Source of the DNA: Thermoplasmata archaeon
GTDB taxonomy: Archaea > Thermoplasmatota > Thermoplasmata > Lutacidiplasmatales > UBA184
DNA length: 14,971 bases
NCBI GenBank assembly: GCA_028864975.1
Contig: JAGWLG010000049.1
Coordinates: 1 to 14,971 of the forward strand
Direction of reading: 5' to 3'
This document shows positions 1-7,463 of this stretch, piece by piece (the first letter of the stretch is position 1; each line of letters begins with the position of its first letter). The notes beneath the pieces are model-generated. The model saw only the letters and a list, made by a program, of their open reading frames with translations, was not told the DNA's origin and ran no database searches. Made by a program: the position numbers and the translations under genes.

Positions 1-528
1 GCCGCGGAACGCGAGCGGATCTATCATGCGCTCCAACGGCTGGGAAGGGCGGCCGCTCCCCGGGCCGAACCGGCGCTCGTCGACCGCTACGTCGACCGGG
101 GCCGGCTCAACGAGCTCGAGCTCTCCATGATGGCGCGCCTCGTGGTGCGGCTGTCGCCCGAGGAGGTGTACGCCGATGCGTGCGACCCGGACGCGGCACG
201 CTTCGGTCGGGAGCTCGAGCGGCGCGCGGCGGCGCGGGGATGGCGCGGGCGGGTCGTCGCGCGGCACAAGGCCGACCGCGACCTCCCCGTGGTCGGGGCG
301 GCGAGCATCGTCGCGAAGGTCGTGCGCGACCGGGCCCTCGCCCGCCTGCAGGAGGAGAGCTTGCGGCGGATGGGGTCGGGGTACCCCTCCGACCCGCTCA
401 CCCGGGAGTTCGTCGGTCGTTTCCTCCGCGAAGGGGCGACGTTGCCCTCGTGCGTGCGTCGTTCCTGGTCCACGCTCGACACGCTTAAGAGCGGTACTCG
501 GCTCCGCCCGCTCGAGACCTTCCGATGA
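1..528 (+). CDS. rnhB: Ribonuclease HII, 5'-truncated by the window edge
   Basis: Frame 1 is open from base 1 (AAERERIYHAL...RLNELE) into ORF 127..528. It has the archaeal RNase HII motifs VYADACD, HKAD..PVVGAASIVAKVVRD and GSGYPSDP. Confidence 0.95.
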   Translation, partial: AAERERIYHALQRLGRAAAPRAEPALVDRYVDRGRLNELELSMMARLVVRLSPEEVYADACDPDAARFGRELERRAAARGWRGRVVARHKADRDLPVVGAASIVAKVVRDRALARLQEESLRRMGSGYPSDPLTREFVGRFLREGATLPSCVRRSWSTLDTLKSGTRLRPLETFR

Positions 529-860
529 TGATCGAGGAGCTCCTGGTCTCCCTCGTCGAGCGTTTCAACCGGCGCACCCAGGAGAGCCCGGGGATCCGCC
601 AGGAGCTGGAGGACAAGCACCGGATCATCCAGCTCAACTTCACGGATGCGGGACCCTTCACCCTCGAGCTCAAGGAGGGGAAGTTGGGACCCCCGCACAG
701 CGGTAACGGTGTCTCCCCTCAGGTCAAGATCACGACGGACACCGGGACCTTCCAGAGCCTGGTCAAGAAGGAGTTGGGTCCGATCAAAGCCCTCTACTCG
801 GGGAAGCTCAAGATCGACGCGAGCCTCGAGGACAAGATCCTGCTGCGGCGCCTGATCTGA
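525..860 (+). CDS. SCP2 sterol/lipid-binding domain protein
   Basis: 111 aa. The pattern IIQLNFTD..FTLELKEG..VKITTD..F..LVKKELGPIKALYSGKLKI matches the SCP2 fold. ATGA overlap with the rnhB stop suggests translational coupling. Confidence 0.8.
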   Translation: MMIEELLVSLVERFNRRTQESPGIRQELEDKHRIIQLNFTDAGPFTLELKEGKLGPPHSGNGVSPQVKITTDTGTFQSLVKKELGPIKALYSGKLKIDASLEDKILLRRLI

Positions 861-936
861 GCGCGCTCGCGCCTCCACCCCGAGGATGAAATAGGGGAGA
901 CGACGGTTCGTGAGTGGGCCCGGGAGGGCCTGACCC

Positions 937-2286
937 ATGTACGACCCCAGCGGAAACTATCCACCACCGGGAGCTCCCTATCCTCCGCCGTCGAGCGAGC
1001 CGTACTACCCTCCGCCTCCCGGCTACGGGGCACCGCAGTACGCTCCACCGCCGACGGGCCCCGCCTGGGCCGCGCCGCCGGTGAAACGACGCTCACGGAC
1101 GCCCATCTACGTCGCCGTGGCCGCGGTCGCGGTCGTCGTGCTGCTGGTCCTTCTCCTGCTGACCGGAGTGCTGAACCTGAGCCCCTCCGGGAAGAACGGG
1201 GGAGGAGGGGGTGGGGCTCCGACCGCCCTCACCTACCGCCAGGCGCTGAACGTCGCGAACTCGAGCCTGGCGAGCCGCGGCGGTTCGACCAGCTGGCAAG
1301 TGGCCTTCGCCCAGATGGTCGACCCTGGGGTCGTCTTCAATCAGCCCTTTTGGGGGCCCTGCCGCTTGATGGGGTTCTCGCCGAACGGGACCGGCCTTCT
1401 GGGGCAAGGGACCGCCTACCTGTGGTACTTCACCTTCGTCTCGGTACCGTTCCAGACCACTTGGGCCCACCAGGTCACGATGACCGTGTGGAACGACTCC
1501 GGAACGGTCCAGGTCCAGCTCGATCCCGAGGGGGTCTGTTCCTCGTTCGCCGCCCCGCTCCCCGCGAACCTCACGGACTCGGGAACCGCCCAGGCGCAGG
1601 CCCAGCTGGATGGTGGGTCGACCTTCCTCAGCGCCCATCCCCTCTCCTCGGTCACGGGGGTCTCCGAGATGGTCTACCTGAGCTATCCGAACGTGGTCCC
1701 GGAGTGGTGGTTCTCGTACAGCTCCGCCGTGCCCTCGACGCCGGGGACCTACGCCTTCAGTTCCCTGACCGTCTTCTTGCGCGGCGACAACGGCCATCTG
1801 TTGCGCGACTACTGGTACAATGGGACCACGACGGTCAGGAGCTCGCACCTGAACGCCTACCCCGTCACCTTCTCGGTCGTCTCGAGCGGGTCCTCCGCAG
1901 GGAGCGTCGCGTACTTCGAGAACTTGAGCCTGTCCATCCCCTCGACACCGCTCATGACCACCACGAACCTCTCGCTCGCGCTCCTTGAGCCTAACTCCAC
2001 CTATCTGAATCCCGGCGCCGTCAGCTTCTGCGCCCCGCCCTACACCGGGTGCATCCTGCCTCCCGCGGGGGGTGGATGGGATGCCCTCCTCCGAAGCTCC
2101 TCCGCCAACCTCGACATCTATCCCGCCTGCGAGTTCTGCACGAGCTGGAACGGGTTCGCGGGGTCGGTGTCGGTCTCCTCCGGGTACACCCTCGAGCTCG
2201 TCTCGAGCTTCCCGCTCTCCGGGAGCGGGGACATCCTGCGCGCCTACAGCTACGGCGCGGCCACGACGGGGCAGGTCACGCTCTAG
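937..2286 (+). CDS. Single-pass membrane/surface glycoprotein: Pro/Tyr-rich N-terminus, one TM helix, large Ser/Thr-rich extracellular region
   Basis: 449 aa with strong GC3 bias. TM segment IYVAVAAVAVVVLLVLLLLTGVL follows KRRSR, then a Gly linker. Nine N-x-S/T sequons, all after the TM. Confidence 0.85.
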   Translation: MYDPSGNYPPPGAPYPPPSSEPYYPPPPGYGAPQYAPPPTGPAWAAPPVKRRSRTPIYVAVAAVAVVVLLVLLLLTGVLNLSPSGKNGGGGGGAPTALTYRQALNVANSSLASRGGSTSWQVAFAQMVDPGVVFNQPFWGPCRLMGFSPNGTGLLGQGTAYLWYFTFVSVPFQTTWAHQVTMTVWNDSGTVQVQLDPEGVCSSFAAPLPANLTDSGTAQAQAQLDGGSTFLSAHPLSSVTGVSEMVYLSYPNVVPEWWFSYSSAVPSTPGTYAFSSLTVFLRGDNGHLLRDYWYNGTTTVRSSHLNAYPVTFSVVSSGSSAGSVAYFENLSLSIPSTPLMTTTNLSLALLEPNSTYLNPGAVSFCAPPYTGCILPPAGGGWDALLRSSSANLDIYPACEFCTSWNGFAGSVSVSSGYTLELVSSFPLSGSGDILRAYSYGAATTGQVTL

Positions 2287-2298
2287 CGAGCTCCGTCC

Positions 2299-2802
2299 TC
2301 AGCGCAAGAAGACGCAGGCCGCGATGCAGACCCCGTAGTGGTCCATCGGGATCGAGAGCTCTTCGGTCCGGTAGAAGATCTTGCGGAGCTCGACCCCGCG
2401 GAAATGGGCGATCTCCTGCATGCGCCAGCGTAGGAACTCCTTGAGCGCCTTCTGGGTCCCGTGGATGTGGCCCTCGGCCACGTAGCCCCCGTGGCCGTCG
2501 GTTCGGAACCCGTAGGCGATGCCTGCGCTGATGACCTCCCCTTCGCCGCCCTGGTGGCGGGCCAGGACGCAGTGCGTGATGGCCCCCATCGGCAGCACCT
2601 GCCGGTCCACCTGACGGATCCCGTCCGGGAGCACGGAGGAGACCGAGACCAAGTTCTGTTCGCCGATCCCGGCCTTGAGGAGCGCCAAGTCGAAGGCGTT
2701 GAGCTCGCTCGTCTTGTTGATCGCCCGGCCGCTCGACACGAAGAACCGCGTCGGGATCGGGACCAAGGAGGTCGTGTCGCTCTTCTTCTCGGCCTTGGGC
2801 AC
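2299..2802 (-). CDS. pdaD: Pyruvoyl-dependent arginine decarboxylase
   Basis: C-terminal part of track ORF 2299..3900: P.RFFVSSG, SELNAFDLALLKAGIGEQNLVSVSSVLP (Ser-Ser autocleavage site), ISAGIAYG, GYVAE. GTG start at 2802 chosen because CTTAAG (2827-2832) lies about 25 nt upstream. ATG at 2826 is an alternative. Confidence 0.92.
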   Translation of the reverse strand: MPKAEKKSDTTSLVPIPTRFFVSSGRAINKTSELNAFDLALLKAGIGEQNLVSVSSVLPDGIRQVDRQVLPMGAITHCVLARHQGGEGEVISAGIAYGFRTDGHGGYVAEGHIHGTQKALKEFLRWRMQEIAHFRGVELRKIFYRTEELSIPMDHYGVCIAACVFLR

Positions 2803-2826
2803 GAAGAAGGGCCACACGTTCCACAT

Positions 2827-2832
2827 CTTAAG
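2827..2832 (-). promoter_or_regulatory. Putative TATA box of pdaD
   Basis: CTTAAG in GC-rich context, about 25-30 nt upstream of GTG 2802. Confidence 0.5.
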
Positions 2833-3058
2833 CTGATGCCTTCGGCGCTCCCACGGACCCCTTGCGTTCGGCCCCCCGAGATGCTCGGCGTGCGCCGGCC
2901 TCCTCGCGTCACCGACCCGACCGTGAGGTCCCTGGACGAACGAGCGTAGGTTCAAGAGACGGCCCCCCCATGGCGTTCCCGAAGCCGAGCCCCACACGGA
3001 ACGTCGGCACGTCCCAGGCGTGACGGAGGACGGGGTCTCGTCAGGACCGAGGAGGACG

Positions 3059-3505
3059 ATGGCGCTCAAGGAGAAGGACCGCAAGCTCCTCGAGGAGCTC
3101 AAACGCGACGGGCGCGCGACGCTCACCGCCCTCTCCTCGCGCCTTGGCGTGCCTCGCGTCACGTTGCACGACCGGCTCGAGCGGCTGAAGCACGACGGTG
3201 TCATCCGACGGTTCACCGTCATCACCGATGCCTCCCTCGAGGGATTGGGGACCGCCGCCTTCGTCCTTGTCAGCTTCGAGAAGAGCGGAAAGGTCACCCA
3301 GCGTGCGGTCGCCGAGTCGGCGGGTCGGCTGCCTGGCGTGCAGGAGGTCCACATCATCGCGGGCGAGTGGGACATGCTGCTCAAGGTGCGAGGGGAGAGC
3401 TTGGAGGCGATCGGGCGCCTCGTCGTCGAGAAGCTACGGGAGGTCCCCGGGGTCGCTTCGACGATGACCCTCCCCTGTTTCTTCACCGTGAAGGAACTCC
3501 CCTGA
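3059..3505 (+). CDS. Lrp/AsnC family transcriptional regulator
   Basis: N-terminal HTH (KDRKLLEELKRDGRATLTALSSRLGVPRVTLHDRLERL..DGVIRRF) plus RAM domain (VQEVHIIAGEWDMLLKV). ATG 3059 is preceded by GAGGAGG. Confidence 0.95.
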   Translation: MALKEKDRKLLEELKRDGRATLTALSSRLGVPRVTLHDRLERLKHDGVIRRFTVITDASLEGLGTAAFVLVSFEKSGKVTQRAVAESAGRLPGVQEVHIIAGEWDMLLKVRGESLEAIGRLVVEKLREVPGVASTMTLPCFFTVKELP

Positions 3506-3656
3506 ACCCTAAGGGGGGGTCGAGGCTCAGGGAACGTCGAGCGTGGGAGCTCGAGGTCGACCGATCTTCGGTCGATCTTCCCCAGGCCAGGGGCCCGCGA
3601 GCAGGACCTCTCACCGCCCGCGTCCGTCGTCACCGCCTTGGGACTTGGGTCGATCG

Positions 3657-3986
3657 CTAGGCGAGGGACGGCACCGCGCCCGGCGGAACGACCGAAGCGA
3701 GGAGGCTCCCCGGGGTCGGGCTGAACACCCCGTCCACCGCCAGGGTGACCACGATCACCAGGATGACGAGCGCGAGCAGAAGGCCAATGACGATCCACGC
3801 GGGCGGACCGCGCCCCGCGCGCACCGTGGGTGACCATTCCGGTGCGAACAGCACCGGCGTCGGGGCGACCTGGGGAACGTGCGTCGTGCTCATCGAGCAA
3901 CGGGGACAGCCGCTCATCGGCTCGGAGGAGAGGTAACCGCAGACACTGCAGTACCTCCGCGACTCCCCGGTCCCGAGGTCGGACAC
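3657..3986 (-). CDS. Small zinc-ribbon membrane protein
   Basis: Within track ORF 3657..4133: CSVC..CPRC, a Pro-rich linker and TM helix WIVIGLLLALVILVIVVTLAV. GTG start at 3986 is inferred. Confidence 0.7.
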   Translation of the reverse strand: MSDLGTGESRRYCSVCGYLSSEPMSGCPRCSMSTTHVPQVAPTPVLFAPEWSPTVRAGRGPPAWIVIGLLLALVILVIVVTLAVDGVFSPTPGSLLASVVPPGAVPSLA

Positions 3987-4134
3987 GCGGAGAGGACGGC
4001 GGGGGTCGGAGTTATGGCTTTCCGTGGGGCGGCCGCCGGTAACGATGTCGCCTTTCTCGCGCCTCGCGCCCAAGGGAGGAGGCTCCGAGGAAGCTGGCCT
4101 CCCTCCACGTTGCGCAGGGTCGGCCTTGGGCAAG

Positions 4135-4174
4135 TTATATCACAGAGGGACACTTTACGTCCGCATGTGATATG
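4135..4174 (+). promoter_or_regulatory. abiE promoter with inverted repeat (putative AbiEi operator)
   Basis: TTATAT at 4135-4140. ATATCACA (4137-4144) and TGTGATAT (4166-4173) form an 8-bp inverted repeat with a 21-nt spacer, overlapping both the TATA box and the ATG. Confidence 0.6.
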
Positions 4175-4816
4175 ACTGCAAGGACCACGAGCGCAGTCCT
4201 CTGGGAGGTCTCGGTCCGGGAGGGGCGCGAACTGCTCACCACGAGGGAGCTCTCCGAGATGGCCGGGCGCATCGGGGCCCGACCCGAGCACGCCCTCCGT
4301 CACCTGCGCCGGGAGGGCTACCTCGTCCCCCTCTTCCGAGGCTTCTACTACGTGAGGACCCCTGAGGAGGTGAGGCTGGGTACTGAGCGGCACGACCCCC
4401 TCGAGCTCTTCGCCCTCGCGGCCCGGGCCAAGGGGATCGGGGCGTGGTACTTTGGTCTCGAGACCGCCTTGCGCCTGCACGGGCTCACGCACGAGGACCG
4501 CCGTGAGGAGACGGTCGTGAGCCGCTCGTTCTACCGCATTCGCGGGGTTCCGATAGGGAGCCGGCGTTTCGTGATCCACAAGTGGGACCCCGGGCTCTTC
4601 GTCTTCGGACTCGTCCGGAGGGGATCCTACCGAGTCAGCGACCCTGAGAAGACCGTCCTCGACCTTGCCTACTTGGACTTCTGGCGGTCGAAGAAGGGGC
4701 ACCCTCCCACCGGGAACTGGACCGAGCATCTGGCCGAGGTGGATGCTCGTCGGGTCCGCCGTTACCTACCCCACTACCCGGAGGAACTCCGTCGGATCGT
4801 GGAGGAACGCCTGTGA
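4172..4816 (+). CDS. Type IV toxin-antitoxin antitoxin, AbiEi family
   Basis: N-terminal wHTH (LLTTREL...L.HLRREGYLVPLFRGFYY), YFGLETAL.LHGL and the SDPEKTVLD motif. GTGA overlap with an AbiEii-like reading frame. Confidence 0.88.
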   Translation: MTARTTSAVLWEVSVREGRELLTTRELSEMAGRIGARPEHALRHLRREGYLVPLFRGFYYVRTPEEVRLGTERHDPLELFALAARAKGIGAWYFGLETALRLHGLTHEDRREETVVSRSFYRIRGVPIGSRRFVIHKWDPGLFVFGLVRRGSYRVSDPEKTVLDLAYLDFWRSKKGHPPTGNWTEHLAEVDARRVRRYLPHYPEELRRIVEERL

Positions 4817-5063
4817 GGTCTTTCGTTTCGATGCTCGCCCAGCACCTGGGCGTGAAAGACCAGGAGCTCCTAGAGAAGGATGTTCGGCTCCACGCTCTTC
4901 TTCGGGGTCTGGTCCGGGACCCGGCCTTCGGCCCACATCTCGTCTTCAAGGGGGGGACGCGCGCCCCCTCCTGCTCAAGCCGATCGACACGGTAGCGTTC
5001 CAGAAGTACAGGGTACGTCTCGTCCCGTTCCTCAAGGGCAGGCTTCCGCGCATCCTCGCGTGA
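4813..5063 (+). pseudogene. AbiEii nucleotidyltransferase toxin, internally deleted
   Basis: Frame from GTG 4813 gives ..LLEKDVRLHALL..LVFKGGT (AbiEii signature) and then stops at 4995. Another frame from about 4968 gives a GC3-rich, C-terminus-like LLLKPIDTVAFQKYRVRLVPFLKGRLPRILA* ending at 5063. The downstream SEDLD-type motif is absent. Confidence 0.75.
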
Positions 5064-5222
5064 CCACCGCTGCACCTTGTTCCTTTCCCACAGGCCGACG
5101 GGCGAGCGATGCCGTCTCGTACCCGTCAGCCCAGTTCCCTACGCCCCACGACGACCGAAGTCGGACACGAGAACGACGGGCAGCGCAGTACCGGGGAAGG
5201 GAAGTGTCCCCGGCAGCCGCGC

Positions 5223-5813
5223 TTAGACCATGATGGCGTGCCGCTGCCGCAGGGACTCTTCGGTCTCGCCGCGCACCTGCATAAGCTCGGCGATGATCCC
5301 GTCCGCGAGGCGCAGGCTACCGGACTCGAAGAGCGTCCCGAGTGGGGAGAGGGTGGGACGGTCCTTCTCCTCCGGGAAGTCGAGCTCGAGCAGGATGTTC
5401 GCAGCGTGGGAGAGCTTGCTGTTACCACGGGAGGTCACGACGATCAGGTCCGCCCCTTCCCGTCGAACGATGTTCGCGGTCTGCAGCGAGGACTGGCTCT
5501 CCCCTCGGTTCGAGAAGATCACCACCAGGTCCCCTTTGCGGACGATGGGGGTCACGGACTCCCCGATGACGTAGGCGGTCACCCCGGTCTGGACCAACCG
5601 CATGGCGAAGGCCCGTGCGATGATCCCGCTCCGACCGGCCCCATAGACGAAGACCTGGGGGGCTTTCTGGACCATCTGCACGGCACGGGAGACCCGCGCC
5701 GGGTCGATCCGGGCGATCGCCTCCGTGACCCGCACCCCGATGTAGTCGACCGCGCGTTGGAACACCCCGCCGGGGGTCGAGGAGGCCGAGGAAGCCCTAT
5801 CGCTTCCGGGCAT
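5223..5813 (-). CDS. SIS-domain protein, 6-phospho-3-hexuloisomerase (HxlB/PHI) homolog
   Basis: VFVYGAGRSG..ARAFAMRL, YVIGESVTP....GDLVVI, PLGTLFE and the C-terminal RH. ATG 5813; overlaps the upstream gene's stop by 17 nt. Confidence 0.88.
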   Translation of the reverse strand: MPGSDRASSASSTPGGVFQRAVDYIGVRVTEAIARIDPARVSRAVQMVQKAPQVFVYGAGRSGIIARAFAMRLVQTGVTAYVIGESVTPIVRKGDLVVIFSNRGESQSSLQTANIVRREGADLIVVTSRGNSKLSHAANILLELDFPEEKDRPTLSPLGTLFESGSLRLADGIIAELMQVRGETEESLRQRHAIMV

Positions 5814-7017
5814 GGGACCCCTTCGACGCCGGTTTCCCCTTGGGCTTCGGTTTCGGTTTCGGTTTCGGCTTGGGCTTCGCCTTGGGCTTAGCCTGCGCCG
5901 GGACCTTCCCTTTGGGCTTTGCGGCGGGCTTACCCTTCGCGGGCTTGGCGGCCTTGGTGGGCTTCGCGCTCTTGACAGGGACCGCCGGGGTCGGGGGAGG
6001 GGGCGCATGCTTCTTCGCGAAGCGCTTCGCCAGCGCCCGCTCGTACAGGAGCTTCATGTACATCGCGTCGTGCTCGAGCAGCGGCGAAGAGGAGATCACC
6101 GTCCCGTCGTACTCGCGCTCGGCGAGCACATCGGCGACGGAGTCGAAGTGGACCGCTCCGCGCTTGATCGGGGTCAAGCGGAAGTCGCCCTGGGCGTAGA
6201 ACTCGACGCCGGAGAAGTTGAGGTAGAGGTTGCCCCGGCTCGCCTCGACGAAGTCATCGACCAGCTTGTGGAGCTCGACCTTGTCCGAGAAGTTCTTGCC
6301 CTCCCGGGCCGCGATATGGGCCAGGTTGAGGACGGGCACGAGCCCCTTGACCTCGCGGGCGAGCTGGAGGATCTCCTCGCGCGTGCCGAAGACCTCGGGG
6401 TGTCCCGAGGGCTCGATCCCCAGTCGGAGCTCCCCGTGGTCGACGCGGTCGAGCCACTTTCGGAGGTCCTTCAGGTCGTTGCGCGTGCGCTCGAAGGAGG
6501 CGTCGTGGTCGGAGGTCCCGTAGAACCCCAGGTGCCCCACCATCGTCTCGGCGCCCAGGGCCTGGGCGAGCGCGGCCGCCCATCGGTACTGCCGCAGGGT
6601 GCGTTCGCGAGCGGAGGGGGAGCTTGCGAAGTCGACGTAGTAGGGCGCGTGCAGCGCGAGATGGACGTCGACGGCGCGGGAGAGGACGCGAGCCTGTTGG
6701 AGGTCGGCGTAGCTCTTCGCGAGGAACCAGGAGAGGACGGTCACGTTCGCCTTGCGGGGGATGGGCTGAAGGAGCGCGGCAGGGTCGGGCGCCTGGTCCG
6801 GCCGCGAACCGGTCGCCACCTCGACAATCAGCTCGTTGGGGATGTCGTAGGGGCGCTTCCCGATCTCCTCCTCGCTCGCCGGGCGGGTGTGCGCGTTGAC
6901 CTTGATGAACTGGACCTCCATCGCCGTGAGACCCAGCGAATGGATGTCGGAGATCCCGTCCCGCAGCGTCCTGCCCTTGCAGGAGAGTGGGATACCTGCA
7001 GGACCGAACCGGATCAT
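5797..7017 (-). CDS. Endonuclease IV-like TIM-barrel protein (degenerate metal sites) with Lys/Pro/Ala-rich C-terminal tail
   Basis: MIRFGPAGIP, LHAPYY, GHLGFY, IEPSG, FSG and SPLLEHDA follow the archaeal EndoIV layout. The last ~65 aa are low-complexity KP/KA. Confidence 0.88.
   Translation of the reverse strand: MIRFGPAGIPLSCKGRTLRDGISDIHSLGLTAMEVQFIKVNAHTRPASEEEIGKRPYDIPNELIVEVATGSRPDQAPDPAALLQPIPRKANVTVLSWFLAKSYADLQQARVLSRAVDVHLALHAPYYVDFASSPSARERTLRQYRWAAALAQALGAETMVGHLGFYGTSDHDASFERTRNDLKDLRKWLDRVDHGELRLGIEPSGHPEVFGTREEILQLAREVKGLVPVLNLAHIAAREGKNFSDKVELHKLVDDFVEASRGNLYLNFSGVEFYAQGDFRLTPIKRGAVHFDSVADVLAEREYDGTVISSSPLLEHDAMYMKLLYERALAKRFAKKHAPPPPTPAVPVKSAKPTKAAKPAKGKPAAKPKGKVPAQAKPKAKPKPKPKPKPKPKGKPASKGSHARKR
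5839..5886. repeat. Coding hexamer tandem repeat (Pro-Lys)n
   Basis: cttggg cttcgg tttcgg tttcgg tttcgg cttggg cttcgc cttggg: eight units encoding PKAKPKPKPKPKPKPK on the minus strand. Confidence 0.9.
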
Positions 7018-7068
7018 CCCGAAGACCCCCGGTCGCCCGGGCGCGCGCGCGGCCTATGGGGCCTTTGA

Positions 7069-7076
7069 GTTAAACC
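7069..7076 (-). promoter_or_regulatory. Putative TATA box of the EndoIV-like/PHI operon
   Basis: GGTTTAAC on the minus strand, about 50 nt upstream of ATG 7017. Confidence 0.45.
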
Positions 7077-7463
7077 TTACGAGCTTCTCAGAGCGCCATT
7101 TCGACCTCCTCGGACAGAGGAATGCCCGGGGAAGTCGACCTCCCGGGGCAGGACCCACCAGCGGTCCCGGGGCTCCACGAGGTCGCGGGAGAAGAGAAAG
7201 CTGCGGGAAGTTCACCCTTCCGCGCCGACGACGGAAGAGGGGAATGTACTCGCCGAGCGCGCGAGCCGCTCTCCGGGGGCGCGGAAGAACTGATCTGGCG
7301 CCGTGCCCGCGAGGCACGGGGCGGAGCGACACCACCGTCAGCAGGCCCAAGGGCGCGATCCCTGGGCTCGTGTCCAAGGAGGGAGGTCGGAGATGCGCGC
7401 GAAGTACGGAGGTCTGGAACGACTTGGCCCTACCACGATCTTCCACGATCCGGAGAACGGCGC

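Noticed and set aside
2803-3900. 533-aa track ORF 2299..3900 as a pdaD fusion protein
   Set aside because: The upstream part is antisense to the Lrp gene and compositionally a shadow ORF. Only the last ~167 aa match PdaD.
7190-7260. GGGAAGTTC-like motifs (here and at about 10393-10402 on the minus strand) as RNase P RNA conserved region I
   Set aside because: No matching 3' conserved region or P4 partner was found by eye. The SRP helix-8 motif is also absent.
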